A stretch of DNA of 64,000 bases from Lama glama (taxonomy: Eukaryota), in the NCBI GenBank assembly GCA_028534125.1, contig CM052817.1, forward strand, positions 61,754,001-61,818,000, in the 5' to 3' direction. The translations under genes were made by a program, and so were the position numbers. The notes beneath the pieces are model-generated. The model had not been told where the DNA came from and made no database searches. It was given only the letters and a program-made list of their open reading frames with translations. This document shows positions 51,761 to 64,000 of this stretch, piece after piece. Each line of letters starts with the position of its first letter. Within the stretch, counting starts at the first letter, position 1.

Positions 51761-53399
51761 TACAGTGTAGTGTAGGATTGTCTTTTAAAATAGGTAATTT
51801 CGCTTTCCTACTTCTATGCATTTCTAAAGTTTGCGAAGTAGCACAGCAGTGCAGGTGGATTCCCGCTGTAACAGAGGTGCAGACCAGAGCAGCAGTCCCT
51901 TCCCTACAAGGAAGACAAGGCTCTGTTGATGTTTACAGACAGGAAAAGCAAATCTTAATTTTAGTATACTATTTTTTCATCCCATGTTTTTCTCACTTTT
52001 GTAACCCTACAAGGGTTTCTTTATTCAAAGAGATAACAAAACAAATACTTAAAGTATTTTCTTCCGAATAAATCCACGCTATGCTCTAAACTGTTTTGAG
52101 GCAGGTTCAGTCTTCATCTGTAACCTATAAACTCCTGATTTCAGTTAGACTCTAACAGAATTTCTCATTAGTTATCATTCACAGAATTGCGTGGATTTTT
52201 AGATCACACCATTATAAAATGATATTTTCAGATTATTTGGAAATGAGTTATATTGCTAGTATAGATTAACTTTTTACCTTTGCCTTGCTCTGCTTTTCAG
52301 GAACTTACTAAGAAATTATGTGGACCAGGAAATGACACTTAAATAAATTTCATTTTTAGTCTAGTTGATAAACCTGTGTTGTTTTTTTTTTTTTTGAAGA
52401 CTTGATATGAAAGAAATTAAACCCATACATAAAACTGACCTTTAGGGATTATCTGTTGTTTTTTTCCGTGACTGTTCTCACCTCATATTTGTAAGGTATA
52501 ATTTAAGGTTATTATAAATTCTAAGTTCTGTTTAGAAAATGTTTTACATCTTAAAAGCATTTTCACACCCAGTGTTCCTTTTGACCTTTTGCGCCCCCAA
52601 ATGCTTTGAAGCAAAATATATGCATTTTATGGATGGGAAAATTAACATGAAGTGAGAGTGGTGGAGTGAGGGAAGTGAAGATCCCAGGCTGGAAAAAGCA
52701 AAGTGTTTTGACCTTACCAGAATAGTTATTGAACTTGATTAGTTTAATTTAATATATGAGATGTAAAGAAATTAAGAATATAAGTATATGTTAACCCACA
52801 CCAGACTCTAGTAGAAATAATGAGTAGCAGGTGCAAGTCATTTAAGAAAAAAAATTATGAGAGTGTTAATATTGAGAAAATTTTATAAATTTAATTTAGT
52901 TGTTTCTGAAACTTAGAGAGGAATTTAATAGGATTATAGTGGCAGAACACCTGTATTGAGTTTATGGAATTATGTGGGAGTCTAGTTTGAGAACCACTGA
53001 ATTATCACATAAAAATTCTTAATCAGTGTGTAGTGTAATAGTAATATTTTCCTCAAGATTTTCATAGGCTGTGTTAGTATGTCAATAAAGAGTTTATAAG
53101 GAATACAGACCAACTTAAATAAACTACTGAATGTTGTCTCGCACTGTATGGGGCGAAATGATGACAGTATGACTATGAACAGTTACAAAAACTATATGAA
53201 AGTAATAAAAATTTGGAGTGAATTTATCAAATTGATTTTTTTCCCCCTCAACTCTACTCTATTTGTTCTCTTTTTTATCACCTGTAATGATGTATTGGGG
53301 GCTTCAACTTGAATGCATTCTCCATGGCAGACATCACCAGCCCATCTGTGCTTTCTTCTTTTGAGTCCCAGTGAGCCTTGAATCTAAGCTGCCGCTATA

Positions 53400-54440
53400 A
53401 TCAGTGATGAATTATTTCTATGGAAAACTAAAATTGATCCCTACACACCTCATTTTCTCTATGGGAAAAAAATGAGCTATAAAAGATACTACTACTTTAA
53501 AATATTAAGAAAAGGATATATTTATTTTAGGGTAAGATGAGAATTTTAAACATAAACAGAGCAAACCATAAAAAGATTAATAAACTCAACAACATTAAAA
53601 TTTTAAAAATGTGTTCATCAAAGTAAGAAAGGCTGAAAACTAGTTTAGAATATGTTAAAGATTCTATGAATTAATTAAAAAAAGTAAAATCAGCCAATAT
53701 AAAAATGAATGGGAATTTCAAGAAGAGAAAATTCAGATAGTCAATGAACATACGAAAGCTTGCTGAGCCTCATTAATAGAGAAATGTAAATTATAACTTG
53801 AGTGATACACTGTTTCATACCCATCGTGTTGTTAAAAATGTAAAAGTCTGAAGTACACCAAATGTTAGTGTGGATGTGAAGCAACAGGGATTCTCATACA
53901 CTGTGAATATGAATGTAAATTAGCACAATCCAGCTGGTAAACTGAAATTGAGCAGAAGTGTGCTCTTTTGTACAGCAGTTCCACCCCTGTGAGTCCTATA
54001 GAAATTCTTGCTCATAGGCCTCAGGAAATAAGTACAAGGTTTTTTATTGTAGCCCTGTATATAATAGCATAACAGAAATAAAACAAACTTGGAAACAACC
54101 CAACAGAGAGTAGAATGGATGTTTTGGGGAATATTTGTATACAGTGGAATTAGTATAATGATGAAAATGAATGCGCCTGTATGAATCTCCAAAACAACAG
54201 TGATTGAAAAACCAAGTCACAGGAAATACATACAACATGATTCCAGTTATACAGATTTTGATCAGAGGAAAATCAAGGAATATGTTTTTGTGGAATCATT
54301 ATGTATGTGATCAGATGCTAAAGAAAATCAAGAAAAAAATTAAAACTAAACTGAGACTACTGCATGTTCTGGTAGGAGGGGAGGGGTTGGCTTTAGGGAG
54401 GAGCCCAGGGAACCTGGGCAACGTATAAGTGGGTGATGCT
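53400..54440 (+). mobile_element. Very old L1ME/MC-like ORF2 end + 3'UTR
   Basis: 'attaaaattttaaaaatgtgttcatcaaag...caaatgttagtgtggatgtgaagcaacagggattctcatacactg...ttggaaacaaccca'. Confidence 0.75.
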
Positions 54441-56019
54441 TACAAATTTTATTTAGAAGTATCCTGTTAACACTTATGTGCCTTATAACTGATACAGTAT
54501 TGTAAACAGTGGATATATATCATAGTTTGTATCATTAATAATTATATTATTAATAATACAACTATGTAAAATGCATATGTATGAAATACTTCATAATACA
54601 GTAAAAGCAATTGGAGGAAAGGATTTCTTCCCCCATTTCTTCAAAAGACCTTTTAAGTTTCAAGCTAATTTTTATCAAGGTATGCTACTTGGCTATTATG
54701 TATGTACTTGCAAGTTTGAATTTTTCACAGCTTGTGTTTAGTATGACTCTTTTGCCTATTGGCTCTAATGTCCAGAAAGTTTTACCATTTATACTGATTT
54801 CTTACCCTGTCATGATTTTCTACTGGTAGTATTGTTTTCCAAAGGTGCCTGTGCCTTTTGGTCATTTGTACATTGCTATTTCTTTAGCTCATGGGCTCCC
54901 ACATGTTCCATCGACAGGACTTTGAACCCCCCTTTTCAGTTTCTCTCTTCCTACAGTACTTCTTGGGAGCTTAGGAATTTCCTATTTGTTCACACACAGA
55001 CCAGCTCGCTCTGTGCACCAGCCCTCTGGCCTCCTCCAGAGCCACCTTCCTTCACTCCAGGCTGCCGTCCTTCAGCACCACTGTCAGGGCCCCCCTCCTT
55101 CTAGCCAAGCCAGGCCCCTTCATCTGGAGGTGCTGCTACTTTAGATCATTGCTATTTATCACTATGCTCTAGGTATTTTGCCGCCACTGTTGATAATGGT
55201 GATCTGTCCCTAGCCACTGAGGTATTTCAGCCTCTCCAGACTGATTGTCCCTTGTACTAGATTCTGCAGTTCGGGGTCTTATCCAGTATCCATCAGTCCT
55301 CATTAATGCTTGGACCCTGACAGTATACACTCTGTTGCAAACTGACAAAAGGGACAGCTGCCTTCCTGCAGTTAATTGCTCTTGTTCTGAGGACCTCACA
55401 CGTGTTTACTTAGGCCCTAGAGTGTTACAGGTTTTATGGAGTCACGTGTTCTGATTTCACCTGTCTTCTTATGGAGCACACGTGCTACCAAGTAGATGCA
55501 TCAGTAAGGGTTATATTCACATTCATCAGGTTTTTAGCAGAAGCATTACTCTCCTCTGATCTCTGGACTTACTGCCAAGTCTGATTTGCCACCTCATTCC
55601 TTCCCGATGGACAGATTCTCTCAGAGGTCCTGGTTCCACCTTAATGCTTTCTTTTAGAAATTTTGGACTTCTATTAGAGCTTCAGCCCAGAGATCAACTA
55701 TCAATCGATCAGTCAGTGAATCTCAATCTCTTCCTCCCCATTTTCCTCCTTTTTCCTTCCAGGCATATCACACAACCCTGGATTCTCAGACATTTCGAGA
55801 TGCCTCTATGTGTCAAACTCTTATTGTGGATCAGGTTTGAATTAGTTCTGAGGGGGTGCCTCAGCCTCAGATAAATCTGGTGGGTAGTGCATAGCTGGAG
55901 AGAATGAGTGGCCCTGACATGTGTCACCACATGTATCAGCATCTAAACCTTGAACCCAGCCTGGATCCCAATAAATAACAGAAACAATTGTATCAGCAGA
56001 GAGCAGCAGCAAGGGTAAT

Positions 56020-56200
56020 GGCATTTTATACATTATTTCATGTAAATTTTATTAAAGTCTATAAGGTAGGTTTTATCATCCCCATTTTATGAGTAACAAA
56101 GCTGAGACTCAGATTATATAAATAACCAAAATTTGGATAAATGGTAAAGGGAAGCTCTGCTATAAAATAGGGCTTTGAAAACCTGTGCTCTTAACCACTA
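56020..56200 (-). mobile_element. MIR
   Basis: 'aaggtaggttttatcatccccattttatgagtaacaaagctgagactcag...cctgtgctcttaaccacta'. Confidence 0.7.
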
Positions 56201-57489
56201 AATTGGATTAAACATTTTTTAATATAAATTCAGTTCCGTATATTCTTTAAAATGTGATTTCAGGTACTGTTAGCTGCTTTTTCTGAATATATCTCCAAAA
56301 TAATTATTAAATTTTCTGTAAGAATATAATTTGTTTGAAAATAATAGCTCAGTGGTGCAATTTATTTTTATGGGAAATGTTCAATTTGATGACAGTCTGT
56401 TGTATTAGATGATGCTCTGTACTTGAGAATCCATCCTTTAAAAATTCAGTATCCTGTTTGCTAAACCTCAGAACCTCAGTACTTCCCTGATAAGTAAAAT
56501 CTCTTTAGTCAACATTTGATTACTTTGTCATTAAGGACTGTTAAGCTTCCATAAAATACTGCAAATAAGTGTAATCTTTCAGTAGCTTTTCCTGTTGAAT
56601 TATAAGTGGCATATACTTCTGCAACAATAAGGAGCTTCATTTTTTTGAGCTTCAGTTATCTTACAGAATGATTCAGGGAAGAATGAGTGATCGAAACTTT
56701 GTGAGAAGAAACATGAATCTTATCACACTGTAATAGAAAAATTGAAAATCATCTAAATGTTCATTCATAGTAGAATACATAAATAACTGTACATAGATAA
56801 CTGTATAGTTACGCAATTAAGTGAATGAACTTGAGCTATGTTTATCAACATGGATTAATTATTAAAATATAACATTGATCAAAATAAAATAACCTGCTCA
56901 AAGATACATGGGTTATAACATCATTTACAGAAAGTATTTTAAATACTCCATAAATTATATATATAGTTTATGAACACATATATTCATATACATGCTTGTA
57001 TACACACACATACATAACACACATTTAAAATATTTTGATACTCTTACACTTTCTTTTTAGTGTTTGTTGATGTTCGTTGTTTGCAGAATCATTCCAGTCT
57101 ATTTAAAGAAAGTGTTGAATTTCAAATAGAATGGAGTTGAAAATCTCTGATTCTTGGAAATTACTTGATCCATATGAAGATCTGTTTAGCTTTTCCTTTA
57201 GAACAGTTGTTTAAACTCTAGGGAACTGAAATAATCTTCTGGGCAACCAGGAGTTCAACAACCATTTAATTCCAGAGCAATGGTATATCTTTACGTTATG
57301 TCTTATAAGAAGAAAATCAACCAAATTATTCATTAATAGCTAAGGAAGATTTGTTTCAGGGTGAGTTTTGTTGTCCACGTGGATCAAAGCTATGTTAGGC
57401 CTATAACCTATTGTATGGTAGAAGTACTAGGGTCACCCTCATCAGGCATACATTTATTTTCTCATATTATGGGTCTTTGCTTTCTATCA

Positions 57490-57930
57490 TTTATGAATTG
57501 TGTTTGGATGCAATTAACAGGAACTGGTAATAATGGTAGAAAAGTAGAAGTTTACTTCTCTTTCATATAAAGAAGTCCAAAGGCAGGCAGTCCAGTTCCA
57601 TAGAATCAAAGATTTGTCTCTTTATTTCCTATTTACCAACCAAGTATGTGACTTACATCTCCAAAGACACATTTTGGTCCTTGGTGAGTATTGTCATTCT
57701 AGCTGTCATGTCCAATTTCTAGGCAACAAGAAAGAGAGGAACAGATCATATGGACAAACCATTTAGTTAAGTACCTTCTTGTGAGCAGCAAATCAAGATT
57801 CCCAACTCTGGTTACATTTCATGGCCAGCTTTTAATCAAATGACCACATTGTGGTCTTCTAACTGGGTATATTGCTACCCTCAAAAACCAAGATTCTGTT
57901 GCCAGGGAAGAATGGATAATGGGTGATGAC
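57490..57930 (-). mobile_element. Old MLT1 (J/K/L-like) LTR
   Basis: 'tttggatgcaattaacagg...tttacttctctttcatataaagaagtccaaaggcaggcagtccag...attctgttgccagggaagaatggata'. Confidence 0.6.
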
Positions 57931-60847
57931 TACCCTATTTGTCTCATGTATTCAACTTACGACATCAATGATAAATACAAAATGGACATATTTAGTCATA
58001 AATTTTATGTGCAGGTGCCTCATTTTGAAATGTCCCTGATTGATACCTTTTAAGTTCATTAGCCATTGAAAAATGGAAAAATAAAATCCTACTATTTTGT
58101 TCTTAACACATTGAGTTAAAATGCATGGTTTCATGAAGAGATATGAATAACTATTCCCATGAATATGTTAGAACATTGAGGAACTAAAAGATCAACTAAA
58201 GAAGTCTGTGTTTGGATGATAAAATATGTTCAGAACATTAGGTCTGTTCAGGTGAAGATGTATGTTTTTAGACAGAAGGAGAAAGGCATTAATTTGTCCA
58301 AGATCACAGGTGACTAAGTTGTGAATTATTTGAATAATTTATAGTGTTATTAGTCCAGGAGAAATTGATTCTTGATATATTTGGTTTATTTCTAGTCTTC
58401 AGTGTAAATACTAACCTAGCTTTTAGATATGTTGATATGATTGTACCTCTGCTGCTTCTAATTAGTATTGATTTGAATTAATATTACATAGGACAGTTAT
58501 TTTTGGTGTTTTCCAACTGTGTAAATATCCTTATTGCATAAACAGACTAAAATTAATCACAGAATTTACTGTGCTAGTGGTATTTACAACTTCATTGTGA
58601 ACCCAGTGTTTTAAACATCTGTCCTTCATTTACTACATCTTAAACATATACTTTTATAACACAGGCCAAATTACAAGTATTTATACAAAGACGTTATGAC
58701 ACAATGGTACTTGGAGGAAAGAGCAAAATTTCTAAGGAACAAGTTTCTTCGTAATTAACACAGTTTAGGTTAGTAATGCTGTCTCTCATAAAAACAAATA
58801 GGGGCCTATCATAAATAAGAAAGCGTTTTGAAGAGAGTTCCTGGAAGATAAACTTTATAATAATATTGAAAATGTGAAATCAGTTTTTTAAAGGGGAGAT
58901 TTGTGTTGTTATTTTTAAATCTTTGTCTGTGTTAAAACATTATACAACTTTTTCATCAAGTAACTGGTTCACTAGTTCTTCCGCTGAAAACCCTGCACAG
59001 TCTTTAAGGTGAATTAGGAGGATATACAACATAGAGAAGCAGATTTAATAAATCTGACTTTCGAAAGTTCTTTTTCCCACCAAACGAGTCTATATCTGTC
59101 CAGTTTGATTATGTAAAAGTCATAGCAGTTTGTTTTTATAATTTTCTAGTTTGAACCCTGCAAGACTAGTTCCTCATGTATTTCCTCCAACTGATTTTAT
59201 TTTGGATAACATTACTTTTATCTGATTTTTCCTTTGAGAAAACATGGACATTTGCTTCCTTGGCTGACTTACAGGTACGGGTGAGTACTAAAGGACCCAC
59301 GTGAATAGGCTTCACAAATGACAAAGCCTGCCCCATGCAGAGACGCTGCCCCAGGCCAGCTATTTGTGCTCTGGAAAAGGCTGACTTGCATGAGAAAACA
59401 TTTGGTACAGAGGCTACCCTGCTTCTCAGAATTTGCATGTTCTTTTTTTCTATATGCAGGGTAGTGAGCGGTTCTTAAAGACGATTAAAGAAATTAGAAC
59501 ATGTAAAACTTCTGAACCGGTGCTACTCATACGTGGGTGTAGAAGAAAGTAAGGGTTAAGAGTTAATTAGAAAAAAGATACTGTTGGATGTCATCAACCT
59601 ACATTGAAGTCTAGATGTACGTTGTACTTGTTCTTTTATGTTATAAAATCGGCATTTTTATCGTACTATTTATATTATATATTATCTTACCTAATTATAT
59701 TATAGTTCCTCTGTGGAAACTATTATCTTTTATTTCTTTGGGATCTCCTGTAGCATCTAGCATCATGTCAGATGCTTTATAAGCCTAAAATAAAGATACT
59801 TAATTGGATCTGGGTGGCAACTTTTATACGAGTACTGATTCCTTCATGCAGTTTTTAGGATTCTGAGGCTACATCTGTGTCAGTAGAAAAAAATACATAG
59901 TGAGAAATTAGACTAAGGACTCTGTTTTATATATTGCAATATCTGGAGTTTAGAATGGTGCCTGACAGGCTGTAAGTACTAAATAAATATTTATTAGATG
60001 AATGAATGATTCTGCAATAGTTGAGAGAGCAAGGAAGAATGGCAACATATTTGGCACATTTCTGTTACTAAATTAACTTTACAGTCTCTTCTAATTCTGA
60101 ATTCTGTGATGAGTATAAATATTTGCTAATTCAGCAAATGTTAAGTCAGCATCTAACTATCTAACAGTTGGTAGAATTCACCCAAGAAATGTGGATTCAA
60201 GGCAATTAAGAATAGCTAAGTTGATAAAGACAGTCTTTCCTGGGATTCACCTACCATTATTTAAAAAACAATGAAAAAACACCTCACCTATAATATTAAC
60301 TTGATGAAGCTATTTAAATTTTAATATTATCCTGATTTTAATATTATCCTCCAGCTAATATTCAGTTAGTTGAGTTAAATTCCTCTACAATTTGTATTTG
60401 CAGTTTATAAAGAAAGAAAGATCATTAACCTGACTGTGGAATACAGTTTGGGGATGAATGAATTCTGTTTTATGCAGGGTAAGATCATACTGGCTCATTT
60501 ATCCCATTTCATAACATCAGCATTCTAAAAGGGGCATCTTTAAATATTTTACACATAAAATGGGTTCCTGGAAGTTTAGTGATCAGAACCGTAGATTTTT
60601 TTATTACCAGGCTTAAATAGTACTCAGATCTCCTGATTTCAGTACTGATACCTTTTTTGGAAACATCAATGTTTCCAATGACTTTTTCCCCCCAAATACT
60701 CGTTAAAGAAGATACTCTGCTAAGAACAAATGGTTTTGTGCTGCGTTGAGCATCATCCAGGAGGGCTGTGGGGTGTGGGGCGGGGCAGGGGGATGCTCAT
60801 TTGTCCCAGTGGGCTCCCTGATAGGTGAAGAGAAGAGGCGGCTGGAA

Positions 60848-62247
60848 CAGCGGCCCTCAAAGTGTGCTCCGTGAGCCCCTGGGAGGTCTCCAAGGTCCTT
60901 TGAGGGCATTTGTGAATTCAAAATATTTCCATAAAAATAACAAGACGTTACTTGCCTTTTTCACTGTGCTGACCCTTGCTCCCATGGTTCAGAAGCAATC
61001 ATAGGGAAAACTGTTGGCATCTCAGCACCAACCAAGGTAGTGGCAGCAGACGGACAATTCACCATTGTGTTTTTCACTGCCAGACCCTAGAATAAGAAAA
61101 ACAAAAAATGGACATTTGACTTAAAATAATGTCCTTGATAAAAGTAGTGGAAACTGTCACTTCATGAAGTCTCGGCATGAGTGCTGCCTTACTTTAATGT
61201 TCTTTGTGATGAGGTGGAGGTGTGCTTCTCCTGCTGCTGCATACTGAAGGACGACGGTTTTCCTCGACAAATTGTTGCCAAACTAGTTCCTTTTTAATGA
61301 GTCGTCATTTGAAGTTGAAAGAGTGACTGACAGACTGACAATTTAGACTTGGATACTTGGTGGACATTTTCTTGAAAATAATAAAGTAAGCCTATCAAGG
61401 AAAACAATGGATAGTATTTATACTGCTGGTCAAATTTGAGCTTTCAGGTGAAAATTCAAATAAAAACTCAAATGTTGGAAAACTTGAATTGCCACCATGA
61501 GCTTGAGTGTATAAATATTTAAATGTTTTTGGATGATCTGGTTCTGATATTAACAGATGTGATTTTTTTTATTATTGTATAAGGAAATATGTTAACATTT
61601 GCAAATTCTGCTTGAACCAATGAACAGATATTTTCGAAAGGATCAGTGTATGATGTTATAAAACTACGCATGGATGAAAGATCCACTCAAAGTGCAAGGT
61701 AGTAGAACTGGTTTCAAGTTAAAAGAATGCAAATATTTCATTGTGATGGTTCAGATTCTACATTGCAGCTAAACTTTCAGAAACTACTCCGTGTTGAGTT
61801 TTGGTGTAGTATCAAGGAAGAATATCCACAATATCTGAAAGGACTTTTCAAGTATTTCCCCCATTTCCAGTTCTCTTTATCTGTGAGGGACTGGATTGTC
61901 TTCATAGACTTCAACCACAAGAACTTATCCCAGCATATTGAATGCAGCAGCAGAGTTGAGAATCTTATCTTCTGTTAAGCCAGACACCTCTCACCAAATT
62001 ATTATTTGAAGAAATGTGGTTATTTTCCATGAAAATATTTATGGTAATATATAATAGATTTGTTCCTTTTATTTTAAAATGAATTAATGAATATTTTATA
62101 AATGTCTGTTTTCATTTCTAATACGGTAAATAAATAAACCCCAAAACATACATAAACAAAAATAAACATAAACCAAAGTTCTTTGGGATCCTTAATATTT
62201 CTTAAGAATTTGAAAGACTCCTGAGCCCAAAAAGTTTGGTGATACTG
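60848..62247 (+). mobile_element. Charlie1a-like hAT DNA transposon, near full length, decayed transposase
   Basis: Termini 'cagcggccctcaaagtgtgctcc' and 'cctgagcccaaaaagtttggtgatactg'; ORF track 61727-61978 'DSTLQLNFQKL..VEFWCSIKEEYPQ' resembles the hAT C-terminal dimerisation region; flanks ggctggaa/ccctcgag loosely fit NTCTAGAN. Confidence 0.85.
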
Positions 62248-64000
62248 CCCTCGAGTCTGGATTAGAGCGGGCCTCTGTGCCAAGTGATACTGCTTAACAT
62301 ATTAATGTGTTATCTCGGTAGAATTGTTACCACTTCATTTTTTTTCATCTATTGATGGATTCAGCACACAGTTATTGTGTCCCTTCTATCCTCCAGATAC
62401 CTGGCTAGGTGGTGGGAGTTACTTCAAGTAAAGAATCTGGTCCCTGCTTATTTTAAAGCTCCTCTAAAGGCAGATCCATGTATTTGTTACCCTTTTTATT
62501 TCCCTAATTTTAGTAAAGTCACTGAATATCTGGTTTCTTCTTTCCTGTCATCTTCAACTTTATGGATATGAAGATATAGCTGGTGGTTTGTATTCATGTT
62601 TTTGTCATTTGTTACTATGGCAGAGATTGACTAACATTTGAACAAGTATTTCATTTTTTCACTCCCCTTTCTTGCTGGCGTATTTGAAAGTATGGAAGAG
62701 GTATATATCTTTGTGATATTTTGTATGTATGTAGTTATGTACAGATAGTAGGGATAAGAGACAAGAATAGCATGAGAAAAAGGTGGAAGTTTTTATCAAG
62801 GTATTTACAGTGTTTTTCAGAGCTTTCCTCTGACTTTTGCAGGGCCCACAGCAAGAGGATGAATGGAGAACTACATATCGTGTTAAAATGTTTAAAAGTT
62901 ATACATTAACACCCCGTTAAGTAAAATGTTTATTCTCATGCTCTGACAAATTTGCCATTTAACCAACAATTAGGAAAATATATGTAAAGCAACAGTTTAT
63001 GCCAAGTAACTGTACTTAGCACAAATTTGAAATGATTATCTTTCCACCAAGGACTGTGGTTTATTCTATGGAGACCCAGCAGCATTTACTAGACAAGAGA
63101 AGGATAGACTAAGAACATTTATCTTGCTTTTTGGTCTTCTAGCCTCTTCTTCCAAACTTTTGACAAATCCAATTTCACATTCACTCTCTCTTCCCTTCTA
63201 TGAGAGGAGGCTCTTTCAACCCCACCTACAGTTGCTAATCCACCTTGTGCTGTTTCCTTAAGCTCACTGTCCAAGACTTCAAATAAATGCCCAAGTGAGG
63301 AGTCTGAAGAGTTCCTCTTCAATCTTCAGCAAGCCATGCAAGAAGTGTCCCTCTCTGGCAACATTGCTCTTTTGAGTTTTTCAAATGAAACAAGTTGGAA
63401 GGCCCGGTTTCGATGTAGAGCTCTCAGAATTACCAGAATTTTGTGTTAAACTCCTGCTGCCTTGGGAGAGAGGACCCGTGGCCCACCACCCTTGTTGCCT
63501 GTGCCCACTGCACCACGGGGGGCTTACCTTGCGTGTGTGTGGACATCTCAGCCCTCTTGTCCGAACTCTGTCTCGGATGACCAGTAACTGATTGCTCTCG
63601 GCCATCCGAAGGAGGTACTCTCAGGTTCTTTGCGAAGAGAATTCCGGGGCCTTTGGCTTGCAGAGTGTGGCACTTCTGTACATGTGACAATGTAGTGAAA
63701 TTTGCATTTTATTTCTGTTGATAATTTGGATTTACAGCTTTCTTTTTTTTTTTTTTTGAAGAAATATTTTTAGGTTTCCAGAATAATAATACTGTCTGCA
63801 GAAAAGTTACGGATCAAGTTGGAAATTGTATGGAAATACCTATATTGTTTTTGGAAAGTATTTTTAAAAGGAGTGAATGGTTAAATTTAAAAGTAACTAA
63901 TAATAGTTCTATAAAACCAATAATGAAGCCATTTACTCACTTTAAAAAAAAAATCTAGTCTCAGACCCGTAAAGTGCTATTTAGTAGCAGGGGGCAGGCG

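Noticed and set aside
60318..60351. Short tandem duplications (attttaatattatcct x2; similar ones near 24568 and 25587-25620)
   Set aside because: Ordinary slippage micro-duplications
1..64000. Short ORFs (60-122 aa) in the track as protein-coding genes
   Set aside because: Many start at GTG/TTG, have low-complexity composition or are L1/Charlie fragments; none resembles a host protein I recognise

Overview
Mammalian, AT-rich, repeat-dense non-coding DNA, most likely camelid: it has a tRNA-Ala(AGC)-derived SINE resembling Vic-1 and cetartiodactyl-type L1 3' ends, and I saw no Alu, BovA/BovB or PRE1. I could not recognise any host protein-coding exon. Every recognisable ORF in the track is a decayed L1 ORF2 or hAT transposase fragment. 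The window looks like part of a long intron, probably of a + strand gene that I cannot name. Main structures: (1) a twin-primed, 5'-inverted L1 at 77-1639 with two nested retro-insertions and a 140-bp internal duplication; (2) a tRNA-SINE fused to an L1 ORF1-like tail; (3) a two-LTR MaLR (MLT1H-like) provirus interrupted by younger L1s; (4) a near full-length Charlie1a; (5) many MIR/L2/L1M relics; (6) a candidate internal promoter/first exon at about 42.6-43.0 kb. I found no evidence for a novel multi-gene system. Repeat family names come from recalled consensus sequences, not from a database search, and old-repeat boundaries are approximate.
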